Assembly: GCA_000002445.1 (NCBI GenBank)
Contig: CH464491.1
Span: 3,360,001-3,424,000, forward strand
Source: Trypanosoma brucei
Lineage: Eukaryota
DNA: 64,000 nucleotides
Direction: 5' to 3'
The notes below the pieces were generated by a model. It saw only the letters and a program-made list of their open reading frames with translations, ran no database searches and was not told the DNA's origin. Position numbers and translations under genes: made by a program. Positions 51,961 through 64,000 of the stretch are shown here, one piece after another; the first letter of the stretch is position 1; each line of letters starts with the position of its first letter.

Positions 51961-52255
51961 AGATCCATGCAACAAACTGTAGCATTAACTCACATTAGTG
52001 GAGAGCCGCAGCGCTGCATGCACTGGGGAGAAGGCAAACTAGTGTAGCTGCCCCAACATCTACTGAATATGTATTACTGTTTGCTTTACCACTGTGAAGT
52101 CTGACCATCTCCCAGCAGATATCAGTAGAACGTAATGCCATGAAGACATCGACTAGCACACGTTTCGTTGGAACCTCATCAGCGCGACACTCATGGAGGA
52201 GGAACAAGCCAACTCGCGCAAACTCAAAGAATAGGGACCTGTGAAGAGTTGGCAC

Positions 52256-52286
<31 letters not shown>

Positions 52287-52512
52287 CTGAAATCGTAGAA
52301 GGATTATGTGGCTGACCCGCCCTTACAGCAGCCTAAGTAATAAAAAGTAGTGGCTAACGCTTCATGATGTAACTGGAAAGTGTGCGGGCAACAAACCCTG
52401 AAGGAGGAAAAAGTGGGACAAGCAATAACACCAATTGGACATGAGGAAGCAAGGTGAGCTGAAGCTCGCTACACAGCGACATAAGTGAATGTAGCCGCAC
52501 GCAAGGATGTAC
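51961..52512. repeat. Dispersed direct repeat, copy B (partner of 3684-4232), containing (CA)13 at 52257-52282
   Basis: ~99% identical to copy A. The differences are a few SNPs and one extra CA unit. Confidence 0.85.
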
Positions 52513-53060
52513 GTGCGCAAGCAGGCACAGAGGCCGATGCCCAACCACAGAAAAGTAAGGGAAACGAAAAAAAAGACGAATGTTTGGAGTCAGAACGTAC
52601 AAAGTGAAGAAGTAAAAAAACAAAACCGTGAAACGTTGCGACCACGCGTGTCCGCAAGTACAAAAGCACACACAAGTATATTGGAACTGATGAGCGTGGA
52701 CACCCAGCACACGTCAAAGCAAGAAGAACAAAAAAAACTGATGAAACAGATGTTATTAAGGTCACTGAATGCCGGAGTACAAATATACAGTGAAGTAGTG
52801 TTGCACCAAGCAACACTTCTCCTCCATTATGGTTTTTTTCTGTGTACAAAAGCCCTCCCCCATAAAGGGGCTGTCTCCCGGCCCTAAAATTACAAAAATC
52901 AGATATACAGAGGTTGCCCTTCTCTTCGCACTTTCACCTCACTCTCATATATATGTGCGTGCTTGGGTGAATTCGGAGCCGCTCTAACGGTACGGGCTCC
53001 CAACATGACTGACTTCACAAACACTCTAGAACTTCACAAATACAAAGATACAAGAATTGG

Positions 53061-54395
53061 TTACTTCTTACCTGCTCTCTTCCGCGTCGCAGCAGTCTGC
53101 CGCCCGGAAGCTGTTGAGCCTCTAGGGTGAGTAATACTTTTACTGTCTCCACCGACTGTGCCTCTTCGACCCCTTTCTCCCCTAACACCGCTGCCCCGGC
53201 CTCTGCTATTCGCACCAACCTTCGACTGCCGTTGTTGCTGTTGCTTCAGGGGCCTCTGAGCCTGGACAGCCTTCCTGGTTTGAGATGCCCTTCCGACTTG
53301 AGGAGCCTTTTTGGTCTGTGACACCTTTCTGCTGGCTGGACTCTTCCCGCTCCCTGATGCGGCCCGCGCAAACGACGCTGTTCGCATAGCGTTGTCCTTC
53401 CGTTCACCTCGGGCAGAGGCACCTCGAGCCCTTGAACCCGCATGCTTTTTGGTTTCTTTATTCGAGGCGGCCTTCAAAGACGGTGGCCTTCCTCTGCGCT
53501 TAGCGACGGTTCCCTCACTAGAGGTTGCTCTTTTTTGTCCTCTTCCGGGGCTCGGGACGTCGGCATACACTTCGGAAGAACTAATATCGTCATCCTCGGT
53601 GCTTGCATCATCTTCTTCAGGATCTTGCAGCTTTACAAACGTATCATCGGGTAATCGTGGCGTCTGCGTCCCGTTGTCTGCAATCTCACCGTCGTCACCG
53701 CAGCGGTGGCCAACATTGTCACCGTCATCCACAATATCACCCGCAACACCCTTACCCACCTCGCCCCAATCGTCGGTCGCTGTTGCATAAGACACTACAG
53801 CGGCCGGTTGTACTGAGTGAGTGTGGACGCCGCTCTCCCTGGCGGCGCGGCGGACCATACGACTCACTTTCTCTTCACGAGCCTTCAGTCCCTCATGCAA
53901 AGCGGACATCTCATCCCCAAAACGGCGCTTCATTTCCGCAAGTTTGCGCTCTGCGTTCAACCGTTCCACGGAGGTGTGAAGTAACTCTTCTTCACACCGC
54001 AGCATGTGAACAAGGGGATCCTCAACCGGTTGCGGTACACCACCGTCTATCGCAGTAGCATCGCTGCACTTGTTAGCGCCGGTGCTGAAATAACTACGGT
54101 TGGCGTCGACAATGTATCCCCTTTCCCTTGCAATGTTGGAAACAATGGGCACGGAATTACCGTCCGCGGCAGTTGCTGTTAATGGCCGCAGCGGTTCCTG
54201 CAACGAGAGTTTCGATTGAGGCGACTGCTGTAGAGCACCCAAAGCGGCGTCCTCTCCTGAGCAAGATGGGTGTCTGTTGTCCCCTTGGGTAATGCCACCG
54301 GGCGCCTGTTGCAGTGTAGTCGTCTTCAGTGCCGCGAACAGCGGTACCAGTGCAACACGGGAGGGAGCCACACGACGGATGAGCGAGGGGAGCAT
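53061..54395 (-). CDS. Hypothetical protein (444 aa) with an acidic central segment and a basic RG/K-rich C-terminus
   Basis: The ATG is at 54395. A 1.3-kb ORF. The C-terminal third is Arg/Gly/Lys/Ser-rich (RGRGSGVRGERGRRG), suggesting nucleic-acid binding. Confidence 0.55.
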   Translation of the reverse strand: MLPSLIRRVAPSRVALVPLFAALKTTTLQQAPGGITQGDNRHPSCSGEDAALGALQQSPQSKLSLQEPLRPLTATAADGNSVPIVSNIARERGYIVDANRSYFSTGANKCSDATAIDGGVPQPVEDPLVHMLRCEEELLHTSVERLNAERKLAEMKRRFGDEMSALHEGLKAREEKVSRMVRRAARESGVHTHSVQPAAVVSYATATDDWGEVGKGVAGDIVDDGDNVGHRCGDDGEIADNGTQTPRLPDDTFVKLQDPEEDDASTEDDDISSSEVYADVPSPGRGQKRATSSEGTVAKRRGRPPSLKAASNKETKKHAGSRARGASARGERKDNAMRTASFARAASGSGKSPASRKVSQTKKAPQVGRASQTRKAVQAQRPLKQQQQRQSKVGANSRGRGSGVRGERGRRGTVGGDSKSITHPRGSTASGRQTAATRKRAGKK

Positions 54396-56093
54396 TGCTC
54401 AACCGAAAGAAGGGAAGAGGGTAACAGAGAATAACGACGAGTACGCAAAAAAAAAAAAACAATTAGCTATAAAATTTAAATAGATTACAAAGCGAATGGG
54501 GACCGTCTACTACTCACCCACTTTAGAAGTTTGAGTCCGTGCACCAGCTCAAGTAACCGGCACGCGTTCCCTCAAATGCCCTTCTTCTCCCCACTTGCCA
54601 AAAGATGAACCCTTTTCCAATTAACTACCTTTTCCTTTATGTCAATGATTGACAAAGAATTGCAAGTTTGCTTCCCAAGTTAGCCTCGTACGTCAAACTC
54701 TCCTTAGTCCCGCTGGCCCAGTCAAAATAGCTCGTGTGAACCTTGCAAACACCTTAACAACCGAAGAGCGAGTGATTGAGTCGATGTGGGTTTGGGCGAA
54801 AGCGAATGTCACGTGCCAGCACAGCCCACTATTTGTCGCTACAGGAAAATGAACGATAAAAACAAAAACATAAGATTCAAGAGGAAATGAAGCTAATATT
54901 CGTGGAGAATCGTTGCATAACAAATCGGCGGAACACAAAACGATTTGCGGGTACAAAAAAGGAGGAAAATCAGAGCACTCGAACACGCGAATGCAGAAAG
55001 GAGGGAGCACGATAGCGACCAAAAATAAGAGCAATAAGAAAAGAATATGCATACGTATCCCATCCTCTTCTCGCGCGCTGGAGTGGTATGTACGCGAAGG
55101 GGTTGAGATACGTATGCGCATCATCAGTGGGGCACGGTGACTCCTCAACAGGAAACCGGTGAGGTGCACGCAAATGTCAATGCCAGAAGCGATTAGTGGA
55201 ATGAAGAAGAGAATTGTTAGAATAGAAAAGGCAAGTACACTTGCATACTTTTCTCTCTTTCACGTGATCCTTCCCATCACTCCACAGTAACACTACCCTT
55301 ACCAAACCATTCACCGTCGCGACATGTTACCCGACACAAATACGAACCGATCCCTCCACGGAGCAAAATAACTCGAAAGAAAAAGTATCATTACCGTAGT
55401 GACAACGCACTATCAAATTCTGGAAAGCAACGATTGACATGTTGACCAACAGAAACGAAGATCAATGTCAACAAATAATTAAAAAATCTGTTTACTCACT
55501 CATTTCAACCTATCCCAACGCTCGCCTTTATTCCCCTTCTCATATTTTTCCTTTCATCTTCAATCCAAGCGCACTGGCGCGCAATGATGTTTTTACAGTG
55601 AAATCACCCCTCCTCCTCCTCCCCGCGCGCCCCTCATGTTCTCATAGTGTGACCGAAGGGAAAAGAAAAGACACGTAACTGCATCACGTATGAGAAATCC
55701 CATCCTTATGGACGGATACACATGCCGCTCACTTTTTCGCAGGTACTACAAAATGCTACCACGGCAAAGTGTACCCACACAACAGTTTTTATTTTATGAA
55801 ACTGTTTATCCCCTTACTTCTGTACCGTAACGAGAGAAGAACAAAACCCCCACCTCAAAACCGTTATCATTCCTACACAGAGGCGCAGGTGGGTGAATAG
55901 AAAACAGCTTCCCTCTTCAAAAGCAATACCACATATCATTACTAATGACGGTAAAGGCACAGGTGGGCAAAGGCAGCAGAGCTGACGCCAGGCCTGCCGC
56001 CCGTGAAATAGGCAGCCCCCAATTCTGTGTTGATGTTGGTGGTTCTCTGAGGTTCCGCGCTGGCATAACAGTGATACATTCACTACCATATCA

Positions 56094-59000
56094 TTACCTT
56101 GTCCGCGAGCGCTCCCGCAACAGTTTAACCTTTGCAAGGTGTTCTCCCTTGTATGGCGACTCCCACGCTGCTCTCATAGCCCGCTCCCCGTTAAGCCATG
56201 GCTTAAACAGCTCGATATATGCGTTGCTTCCCATAATGTACATGATGTATATCCCGAAGCAGAGAAGCAACATGAGCCACAACTTAATGTTTCCCACTAG
56301 CTCTATCGCCACGTAAACGCACCTGTTCGAGCCAAATACGTTTGGTAGAGCCGAGTAGAAAAGCGTCAAAAACGGAATAGCAATAAAACACAGCGCAAGA
56401 ACCGCAACAGTGATAAGGTTATAGCACACAATAGCGGACGCTGCGCGCAGATTAACCAAAAAAAGCAACAAAATGAAATATAGAGTACCGTAATCCTCCA
56501 CTGAGCCGCTCCGATACGGATGAAGCGCATCATCATCACCCAAAACGTAGTAGGTAAGTACAAATAATAAGACTCCGAGTAGCACGCCATCAACAAACCA
56601 CTTGGTAAAATAACCCCACCTAAAGAACATGTTCTCCCTGGACAAAGGAGGGTACAGCGACGGCAGAGACTCTGCCAACTCATCCTCCACATCTTTGTCG
56701 TACACCCCCATCAAAACTGGCTGAAGTGAACAATACACAAGATTGAAAAAAGTAATAAGCCACGAATCGATTAATACCATACCGGAGAAACCACTAGAAA
56801 TAGTGTAGACAACGATAGCGGACGTGAGAAAGGCATTCTTATGCAAACTGTACACGAGACAATGAGCATCGCGGTAAAGTGAAAAGCGACCGTGAACCAT
56901 GAGTAGCCGCTTCAGGAATCTGAATTTGGGAATCGCATAGTCACTCGCCAACTCGGCCTGCGAGCCCTCGAGCCCCATGATACCAATACCAACACTGCTC
57001 TCTTGTATCATAGAAACGTCATTAGCACCGTCACCAATCGCCAACGCAACGCCCCCAGTATTCTCCTGGAAAAGCTTCACTATCTTTGCCTTCTGAAGCG
57101 GCGTCATACGGCAGCACACAGCGCTACGACACCGCATACCAATAGAGAAAAATTCGCTTGTGAGGTCTGCATCACAGAAAATGGCGTCTAACGTCAGCCC
57201 GTCTACCACTAGCACCATCTTGTGAGTATCTTTACCGTACTGTTCCTCTGCGCTATCACACTTATTTGAGGCAGCAGAAAGTTGTGATCGAAGCACTTCT
57301 CGTATACGCTCACTCTTCAACTCCGTTTGCAGATCTGTGGTACCAGATAATTGGCTGCAAACATCGAGATGATGCACCATATCCTCACAGCCCGATTCGA
57401 TGATGCCGCTAGTGCATGCGATCGTCACAGCAGTCTCCCGCTTGTCTCCCGTAAGCATCCACACCACGATATCGGCTTGCATAAGAAACTTTACCGTCTC
57501 CGGAACATCCTCCTGCAGCTCATCGGATACAGCCGTAGTTCCAATCAGGTCAACATCCTTCTCTAGCAGCGCGTAGACTTCATGCAATGCCTCGTCGCGA
57601 TCGTTCAAGCGACACTGCGCCTCATTAAATTTGACCAGCCAATCCCGTGCCTCCTCCTCCGATACCCACCGCTGACCAAGGACAAGTGTTCGTAGGCCCT
57701 TCTTGGCAACCGAATCTATTTCCACTTCAAAAAGATCCTTCAAATCAATGTTCCGTGGGTTTTGTTTGTTCATGATAGACATCATGCTGCTATCCGCACC
57801 CTTCACGAGCAACAGAAAGGGAAGCTTCTTCCCTCTAGCATTGGAATCCACGGGACGGTCTTTTCTATCCTCTTCCACCGTCACTGGATGCGTTGGATCA
57901 CCTTTTTGATCCCCTAGAACCTTCATTGTCTTGTGTTGGCCCGATGACCTCGTTGGGGTCTCCCACGCCCGAGCAAAGCTTGGAGACGTCTGTGTTTCCT
58001 GAACCTTTCGGTGGTAACTTATTCGCACATTGTCCTGAGTACCTGTAGAGGCATTATCCATATCCGGACAACGACTTAAAAGCACGCTCATCAATTTTCT
58101 TTGAGATGTGAACTGAAGCTCTGCAACAACCTCGTAGCACATCACCTTCTGCACAACTTTCACAAAAACATGTTTGGAAGTTCTTCCCTGCAGCGCGAAA
58201 AGGTTGTCGCGAGCCGCACACACCAACGCAACTTCATCCAGTGACTGCCCTTCGTATATCTTTGACTCGTCCCTAAACTCTCTCACCTTTCTAGACATTG
58301 TGAGAGAGCGCTCATGCATAAGCGCATCATTGTGGCACGTCATGCGCCATGACGCACTGCCAGTGTGACCATGCAAGAAACGCCCAACACCAGTCGATGG
58401 GGAGGCGCCGAAGACAGAACCGCTTCCGGGGGTTATGCTTGACACCCGACGGTGACACACCATCTCAACCGCGTCAGTTGTGCCACTGCACCCCATTATT
58501 CGATTATTATTCGGTAATGTGGCATCTGCCGCAGATGGGCGACGCGTGAAGGCGTGCTGGGAGCCTGGGGGAAGTGAGCCACCAAGGACCGAATGACCGC
58601 TCGCCGCCGCTGCTTCCACGGCTGCGGCAACCGCTGATTCCACCTCAGGTCTGTCAAAACAGACAACGCTGTGGCAAAGCGACAAGTTGCGTAGGTACCG
58701 GAAAAGTGGTTCCTTTTCCATCGCCTCCTCATCGAAGTCGAATCGCCCCTGTTGGGGAACCTGACGGCGTTCCAAGGCATCAGTAGTCATAATTGGCTCC
58801 CCAACGGCTGGAGGTACACTGAGGCGTCGGGCCTCAACGAGCCGAAGGAATGCTTCGCCAAGTGCCCCTGGTCTTTCCTTCTCGTCATGCCGTTCGGTCG
58901 CTGTACAACCACCAACATAAGTCATAACGTTCTCCGTTAGGGTTCCAGTCTTATCTGTGAAAACGTATCTGACGTACGCTAGCTGCGAGTTCAGGCAAGA

Positions 59001-60803
59001 TGTCTTTGGCCTAGAGTAGCGCAGTACGCCCTTGAACTCATCGTAGCTCGCCATGCGTCTGTCATTTGCGATGAGATACAGTTGAAGCACTTTGTTGAGT
59101 TCCATCGTAACATACAACGAAATTGGAATGAGGAATGAAAGAAGAATGAAATTTGTCAGGTACATGAGGGCAAAGTATTTTGACGCTCCATACCTACTCA
59201 GGGCCCATTGGATGTACCACGTGGTATGGCCGCTTCCCGCTCCCTCAAGTCCGTTGAGTCTTTCAGCGCGCCAATGCACCGACATTGTGCATAGAGTTAT
59301 CAAAGCTGTTTGATGCACGAACAGAAGGATGATGTTGATAAGGTTGATTCGGCGGGAAGTTAAGGATGATTTTTCCCCCTTGCTTTTGAGATTGAGCAGC
59401 ATCTTGGTATTTTTCCCCGTGTAGACAACGGCGCAAAGAACCCACTCAGTGTTTCGAATAATGCAACCACGGGGTAGAAACTGATCAATGGAAAGAGACA
59501 CGACGCTCCCACATCGTAGGCGCAGCTGCCCAATCCATGAGTGTAAGTCTGGGCATGGCGTCGCCCCGCGTAACAAAACGCCCTTAAAATCCCCATCTCC
59601 CCGTGCGTCGTTCAATACGCCGTTTCCATCATTTGCCAACGCGACAGCAGAGCCAGGAGCACCCGCCCTTGGGTAAATATTGGAAGCAGTACCAGCGGCG
59701 AAGGGGTTTGAGCTTGAGCATAATCCAGAAGGCCCCCCCCGCACCCGGTCGCGTATATCCGACGTTTCAACAGTGCTTGACGGCACACGATCATCACATT
59801 CAGTGATGGTGCGCTCCTTACTTGAAAGTTCCAGCGTGTTGCACACACTTCCCCGCGTCTCCAACGGTGTGGGCGTAGCGGTACTGGTGCGCCCGTGCCC
59901 TCCTTCCGTTCCCTTCTTTGAAGTTTGCTCCGCAAAGGATTGAGTTACGTTCGTCGGTGGCGGAAGCTCCACACTCTGCGGCGTACCATCTTCCACCTCG
60001 GTCACCTCGACATCACGAAAGGCCGACGAAGCGCGAGCCCGCTGACCCGACGTACCCCCTGAGGTCCTCCCATTCTCTGTAAGAACATTCTGAGAAATGG
60101 CTCCTTTGCCGTTATCACCACCGCGGCTATCACATCGCTTCCACCCAACCAAGCTGCCGTTGTTCAAGAAGTGGGCACACGTGGCAGCATCTGGCAAACA
60201 ACCCTCAATAATATCCTCAACTGTCCCAAGTGCCTTTATCGTTTCTGGTTTTGCACGCCGTGTTTTAGCATTTGTCTCGCCATCAAGATTGGACGTTTCA
60301 ATATATGTCACACCATCCACCAGTGAGGTGTTCAACACAACTGCATCAGCCGGCACCACATCCCCAAGTCCGCAAAGTATCACATCGCCAGCGCGCACAT
60401 CACGGGATGGAACAGAAACAAAGTCGGAGCCACGGAGCACCTGCACGCCCACTGAGTTCACGAGTTTGTCAGACTTCCGACGCTTGCCATCCTCCCAAAG
60501 GTCCTTCCACATCCCAACCCCAACCACGATACACAGAGGCAACAGGGTACTGAGTGGGTTTACCGGACTCACAACGGGAATCATGGTGATGATGGTAACA
60601 AAAAGGAAGTATATATTCGATACGCATCGAAACTGGTTAAGCAAACTCTTCGGTATGCATGTAGCCAGAGTATATTTTGATGTGCGCACGTAGTTGGAGG
60701 GAAACCTACGCGCCGCGTTGAGGTCACCCCTCAAAATATTAACTTCCACAAATGACCGTGCATGATCGGTATTTTCCACTCCAACGTTACTATTATCCGC
60801 CAT
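56094..60803 (-). CDS. P4-type ATPase (phospholipid-translocating flippase), ~1569 aa
   Basis: The ATG is at 60803 (the track start is a TTG). It carries the DKTGTLT phosphorylation motif, TGDK, GDGANDVSM, and ten predicted TM segments. A ~200-aa low-complexity insert precedes the P-domain. Confidence 0.85.
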   Translation of the reverse strand: MADNSNVGVENTDHARSFVEVNILRGDLNAARRFPSNYVRTSKYTLATCIPKSLLNQFRCVSNIYFLFVTIITMIPVVSPVNPLSTLLPLCIVVGVGMWKDLWEDGKRRKSDKLVNSVGVQVLRGSDFVSVPSRDVRAGDVILCGLGDVVPADAVVLNTSLVDGVTYIETSNLDGETNAKTRRAKPETIKALGTVEDIIEGCLPDAATCAHFLNNGSLVGWKRCDSRGGDNGKGAISQNVLTENGRTSGGTSGQRARASSAFRDVEVTEVEDGTPQSVELPPPTNVTQSFAEQTSKKGTEGGHGRTSTATPTPLETRGSVCNTLELSSKERTITECDDRVPSSTVETSDIRDRVRGGPSGLCSSSNPFAAGTASNIYPRAGAPGSAVALANDGNGVLNDARGDGDFKGVLLRGATPCPDLHSWIGQLRLRCGSVVSLSIDQFLPRGCIIRNTEWVLCAVVYTGKNTKMLLNLKSKGEKSSLTSRRINLINIILLFVHQTALITLCTMSVHWRAERLNGLEGAGSGHTTWYIQWALSRYGASKYFALMYLTNFILLSFLIPISLYVTMELNKVLQLYLIANDRRMASYDEFKGVLRYSRPKTSCLNSQLAYVRYVFTDKTGTLTENVMTYVGGCTATERHDEKERPGALGEAFLRLVEARRLSVPPAVGEPIMTTDALERRQVPQQGRFDFDEEAMEKEPLFRYLRNLSLCHSVVCFDRPEVESAVAAAVEAAAASGHSVLGGSLPPGSQHAFTRRPSAADATLPNNNRIMGCSGTTDAVEMVCHRRVSSITPGSGSVFGASPSTGVGRFLHGHTGSASWRMTCHNDALMHERSLTMSRKVREFRDESKIYEGQSLDEVALVCAARDNLFALQGRTSKHVFVKVVQKVMCYEVVAELQFTSQRKLMSVLLSRCPDMDNASTGTQDNVRISYHRKVQETQTSPSFARAWETPTRSSGQHKTMKVLGDQKGDPTHPVTVEEDRKDRPVDSNARGKKLPFLLLVKGADSSMMSIMNKQNPRNIDLKDLFEVEIDSVAKKGLRTLVLGQRWVSEEEARDWLVKFNEAQCRLNDRDEALHEVYALLEKDVDLIGTTAVSDELQEDVPETVKFLMQADIVVWMLTGDKRETAVTIACTSGIIESGCEDMVHHLDVCSQLSGTTDLQTELKSERIREVLRSQLSAASNKCDSAEEQYGKDTHKMVLVVDGLTLDAIFCDADLTSEFFSIGMRCRSAVCCRMTPLQKAKIVKLFQENTGGVALAIGDGANDVSMIQESSVGIGIMGLEGSQAELASDYAIPKFRFLKRLLMVHGRFSLYRDAHCLVYSLHKNAFLTSAIVVYTISSGFSGMVLIDSWLITFFNLVYCSLQPVLMGVYDKDVEDELAESLPSLYPPLSRENMFFRWGYFTKWFVDGVLLGVLLFVLTYYVLGDDDALHPYRSGSVEDYGTLYFILLLFLVNLRAASAIVCYNLITVAVLALCFIAIPFLTLFYSALPNVFGSNRCVYVAIELVGNIKLWLMLLLCFGIYIMYIMGSNAYIELFKPWLNGERAMRAAWESPYKGEHLAKVKLLRERSRTR

Positions 60804-61698
60804 AGCTGTCAAAAAATGTTGGTAACACTGCTCTCAATCACTTTAACCGAGCAAAAATTAAATAAAGCTATCCCACAAGGACAAATTTCCTTCCTGAGTC
60901 CAGCTTCTTCCTGCGTCCCTCCACGAACAGACAACGAGTGAGTTCCTCTCGGCCACAGCACGCACACAAACTACAACAATATATATAGAGTTAACCACTT
61001 ACGCTTATTAGAACGTAACTCTCCTCACACCCAAACAAACAAAACACGATACCGCGTTACCTGCGATATCACGGAGAGTTGGCTGCTAAGTCACCTTCTC
61101 ACTCGACTTACTCTCGCTCCTCTAATATTCCTGTGATCGAAAATATTCTCCACCAACTTTATGATTGCTCACTGAGTGCAGTGAAACGCCTACAGCTTTT
61201 ACTGCACCTTAGATGTGGAGTGAATATCTTGCAGCGGCTCCCTTAACCTTCTTGTGCTCCTGGGACGAACAATAAGCCGTGAGAAACTTTGTGCGTTCAC
61301 TTAAGAGTTGGAGGCTGACGGAGTAACACAACGTCGAATAGAGAGAGAGCTTCGCAAAGCCGTGAGTGCAGAGAAGGTAAATACCGCAAAGTATCTGATC
61401 CTATAATTAACAATACCTCTAAGTGATGACTGTGGTACTCCCCTAAAAAGGTACAGATGGTTTCACAGACCACGGTGAAACAACTAGATACCTGAAACAA
61501 CAGGAACGAAGGCAGAATTTGGAAGAATTTTTTGTAAGCCGAAGCGAATGATAAGGCAATGGTAACCAACAGAAATACAAAACATCAACATGTCAGGTCA
61601 ATAAAAACATAAAGACCACTGTCAGTGAACGAAATAAATAAATAAAACTTTAACAAGATAATCCGCAGATAACCGCTAAGCATGAAGTGATAGGTACA

Positions 61699-62151
<453 letters not shown>

Positions 62152-62389
62152 CTACGGGAATGCAAGAAGTGCCACAGATTAGGAACACGAGAAGGGTAAT
62201 ACAGCAAAGTAATAACCAGGCCAGCCACGGGTGTCCTGGATGACGAAAGAACCCGTAGACCATTCACTATGACCCTTACCTTTACCGAACGAAAAGCAAG
62301 GAACACGAACAGGGGGAAAAAAAAAAAGAAATGAGGCATGTTTCACAGATAACCCGCAGATAACCGCTAAGCATGAAGTGATAGGTACA

Positions 62390-62839
<450 letters not shown>

Positions 62840-63387
62840 CTAGCGTCCCTAGATCGCCAGCGGCGCAGTCGTGCGAATAACGTAGCAGAAACTACTTACA
62901 CGTGCATAAAGAACGAGGGAGACCAAACTGAAGCTGACCAGTAGGTGGGATTAATAAAAACGAAACGCCAAAGGGAAAAAACCACACAAGCAAACACAGA
63001 ACGCGCAGAAAGGTGAAGTGACGAAGCGATGCCGCGGAAGGCTACCTGCATTTGGCTCGCAGTAGACTAGCTCAAGGAACGAGTAACACCAAGCGAAGAA
63101 ACAGCTCAAGGGTGGAAAGGTTGAATAACCCACAGAAAAAGCAAACCTCAAACAACATCGGTGCTGTCAGTGGAAAGATTACTCGCCGGAGCATCACCCT
63201 TTACCGCTAACTTCTTGTTTTTTTGTCGTCCTCCTCCCACATGCGTCGGAAGAAAGTTGAAGCAGCATTCCCACCCCCTCTACTGAAGCCGTCCCTTTAT
63301 CCCAGTGTACCATCCCTCTGTACGAATAACCACAGTTACCGCCTGCATCCCCGCCGTCATAGTAAGAATGGGACGTACCCTTTATGT

Positions 63388-63978
63388 CTACATGAAGTTC
63401 AGGCGATGAACCAATTCGTTGATAAACCTATTGTAGTCAATCTTGTCATCGGTTTCGTCTTGCTCCGCAATTGTCAGAAGTTCCTCTACTTCCTCAGGGG
63501 TTGAGCATTCACCACCTGTGGCGAAAAGCTCTGTAAACTGTTTCTTTGTCACAAATCCGGTCTTTTGCTTGTCGTAATGTAGAAAAGCGCTACGCATCTC
63601 CTCCAACATCGTATCGTCTACCTCGCACATCATTAACGAGAGAAAGTCCTTGAAGCTAAGCTCTTCCGTGTTCGTCTGTTCCCCCTGGCCAAAAACACGC
63701 ATCACCTCATGGAACTCTTCGTCTGACAAGTGTAGCCCCACGCTTGCCATAAGCGCAGAGACCTCCTTCATTGGAATTGATATTGTTTTTTGACCGTTAC
63801 TCAGTACACGAAAACCTTCCGCTAGCTCCGCGATGGTGTTGTGCGACACCGGCTTGCGGTAGAAGGGACGAGATGTGCCACGAACATCAGAAATGGGCTT
63901 GCCTCCCACGGCACCGCCCCTACTGAAATGATCCTGTTGACTAGATACAGGAGCCTTATCCTTCATACCTTTATCCAT
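63388..63978 (-). CDS. EF-hand-like calcium-binding protein (~196 aa). The N-terminus is close to the window edge.
   Basis: The ATG is at 63978 (the track start is a GTG). It has paired helix-loop-helix segments with acidic loops (DETDDKIDYNRF, YDKQKTGFVTKKQF). The frame may stay open toward the window end at 64000. Confidence 0.45.
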   Translation of the reverse strand: MDKGMKDKAPVSSQQDHFSRGGAVGGKPISDVRGTSRPFYRKPVSHNTIAELAEGFRVLSNGQKTISIPMKEVSALMASVGLHLSDEEFHEVMRVFGQGEQTNTEELSFKDFLSLMMCEVDDTMLEEMRSAFLHYDKQKTGFVTKKQFTELFATGGECSTPEEVEELLTIAEQDETDDKIDYNRFINELVHRLNFM

Positions 63979-64000
63979 GTATTTCACACAAAATCTGGAC

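Overview
This window reads as nuclear DNA of an African trypanosome (Trypanosoma brucei group). The best match is the chromosome 11 region that carries oligopeptidase B and the tandem ribonucleotide reductase R2 genes. All 24 protein-coding features called sit on the minus strand with no strand switch, so the whole 64 kb reads as one polycistronic, intron-less array. Pyrimidine tracts and AG sites lie upstream of ORFs in the minus sense, as expected for trans-splicing. Called genes, listed by decreasing coordinate (transcription order on the minus strand): an EF-hand-like protein; two ubiquitin-L40 fusion genes; a P4-type phospholipid flippase ATPase; three hypothetical proteins; an atypical Rab-like GTPase; a MYG1-family hydrolase; a DEAD-box helicase; a torsin-like AAA+ ATPase; a prefoldin-alpha-like protein; a giant tail-anchored coiled-coil protein built from a 63-nt (21-aa) tandem repeat (frameshifted); a second, chimeric copy of that repeat gene; a polytopic membrane protein; a small hypothetical; oligopeptidase B (715 aa); a roughly 3960-aa giant ORF; a 778-aa protein with a C-terminal acyl-CoA-binding domain; and two tandem RNR R2 genes. 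The most unusual structure is a 4.4-kb tandem segmental duplication. It fuses the 5' end of the membrane-protein gene onto a second copy of the coiled-coil repeat gene, giving an intact 1251-aa chimeric ORF. Other points of note are a 40-nt mosaic divergence patch between the otherwise near-identical R2 paralogs, a ~550-bp near-identical direct repeat pair 48 kb apart carrying (CA)n, and a +2 frameshift inside the repeat array. The supplied ORF track begins many ORFs at GTG or TTG; I re-set starts to the first in-frame ATG where that applied. No prokaryotic-type features (CRISPR, operons, RBS) apply. No tRNA or rRNA could be supported by eye.
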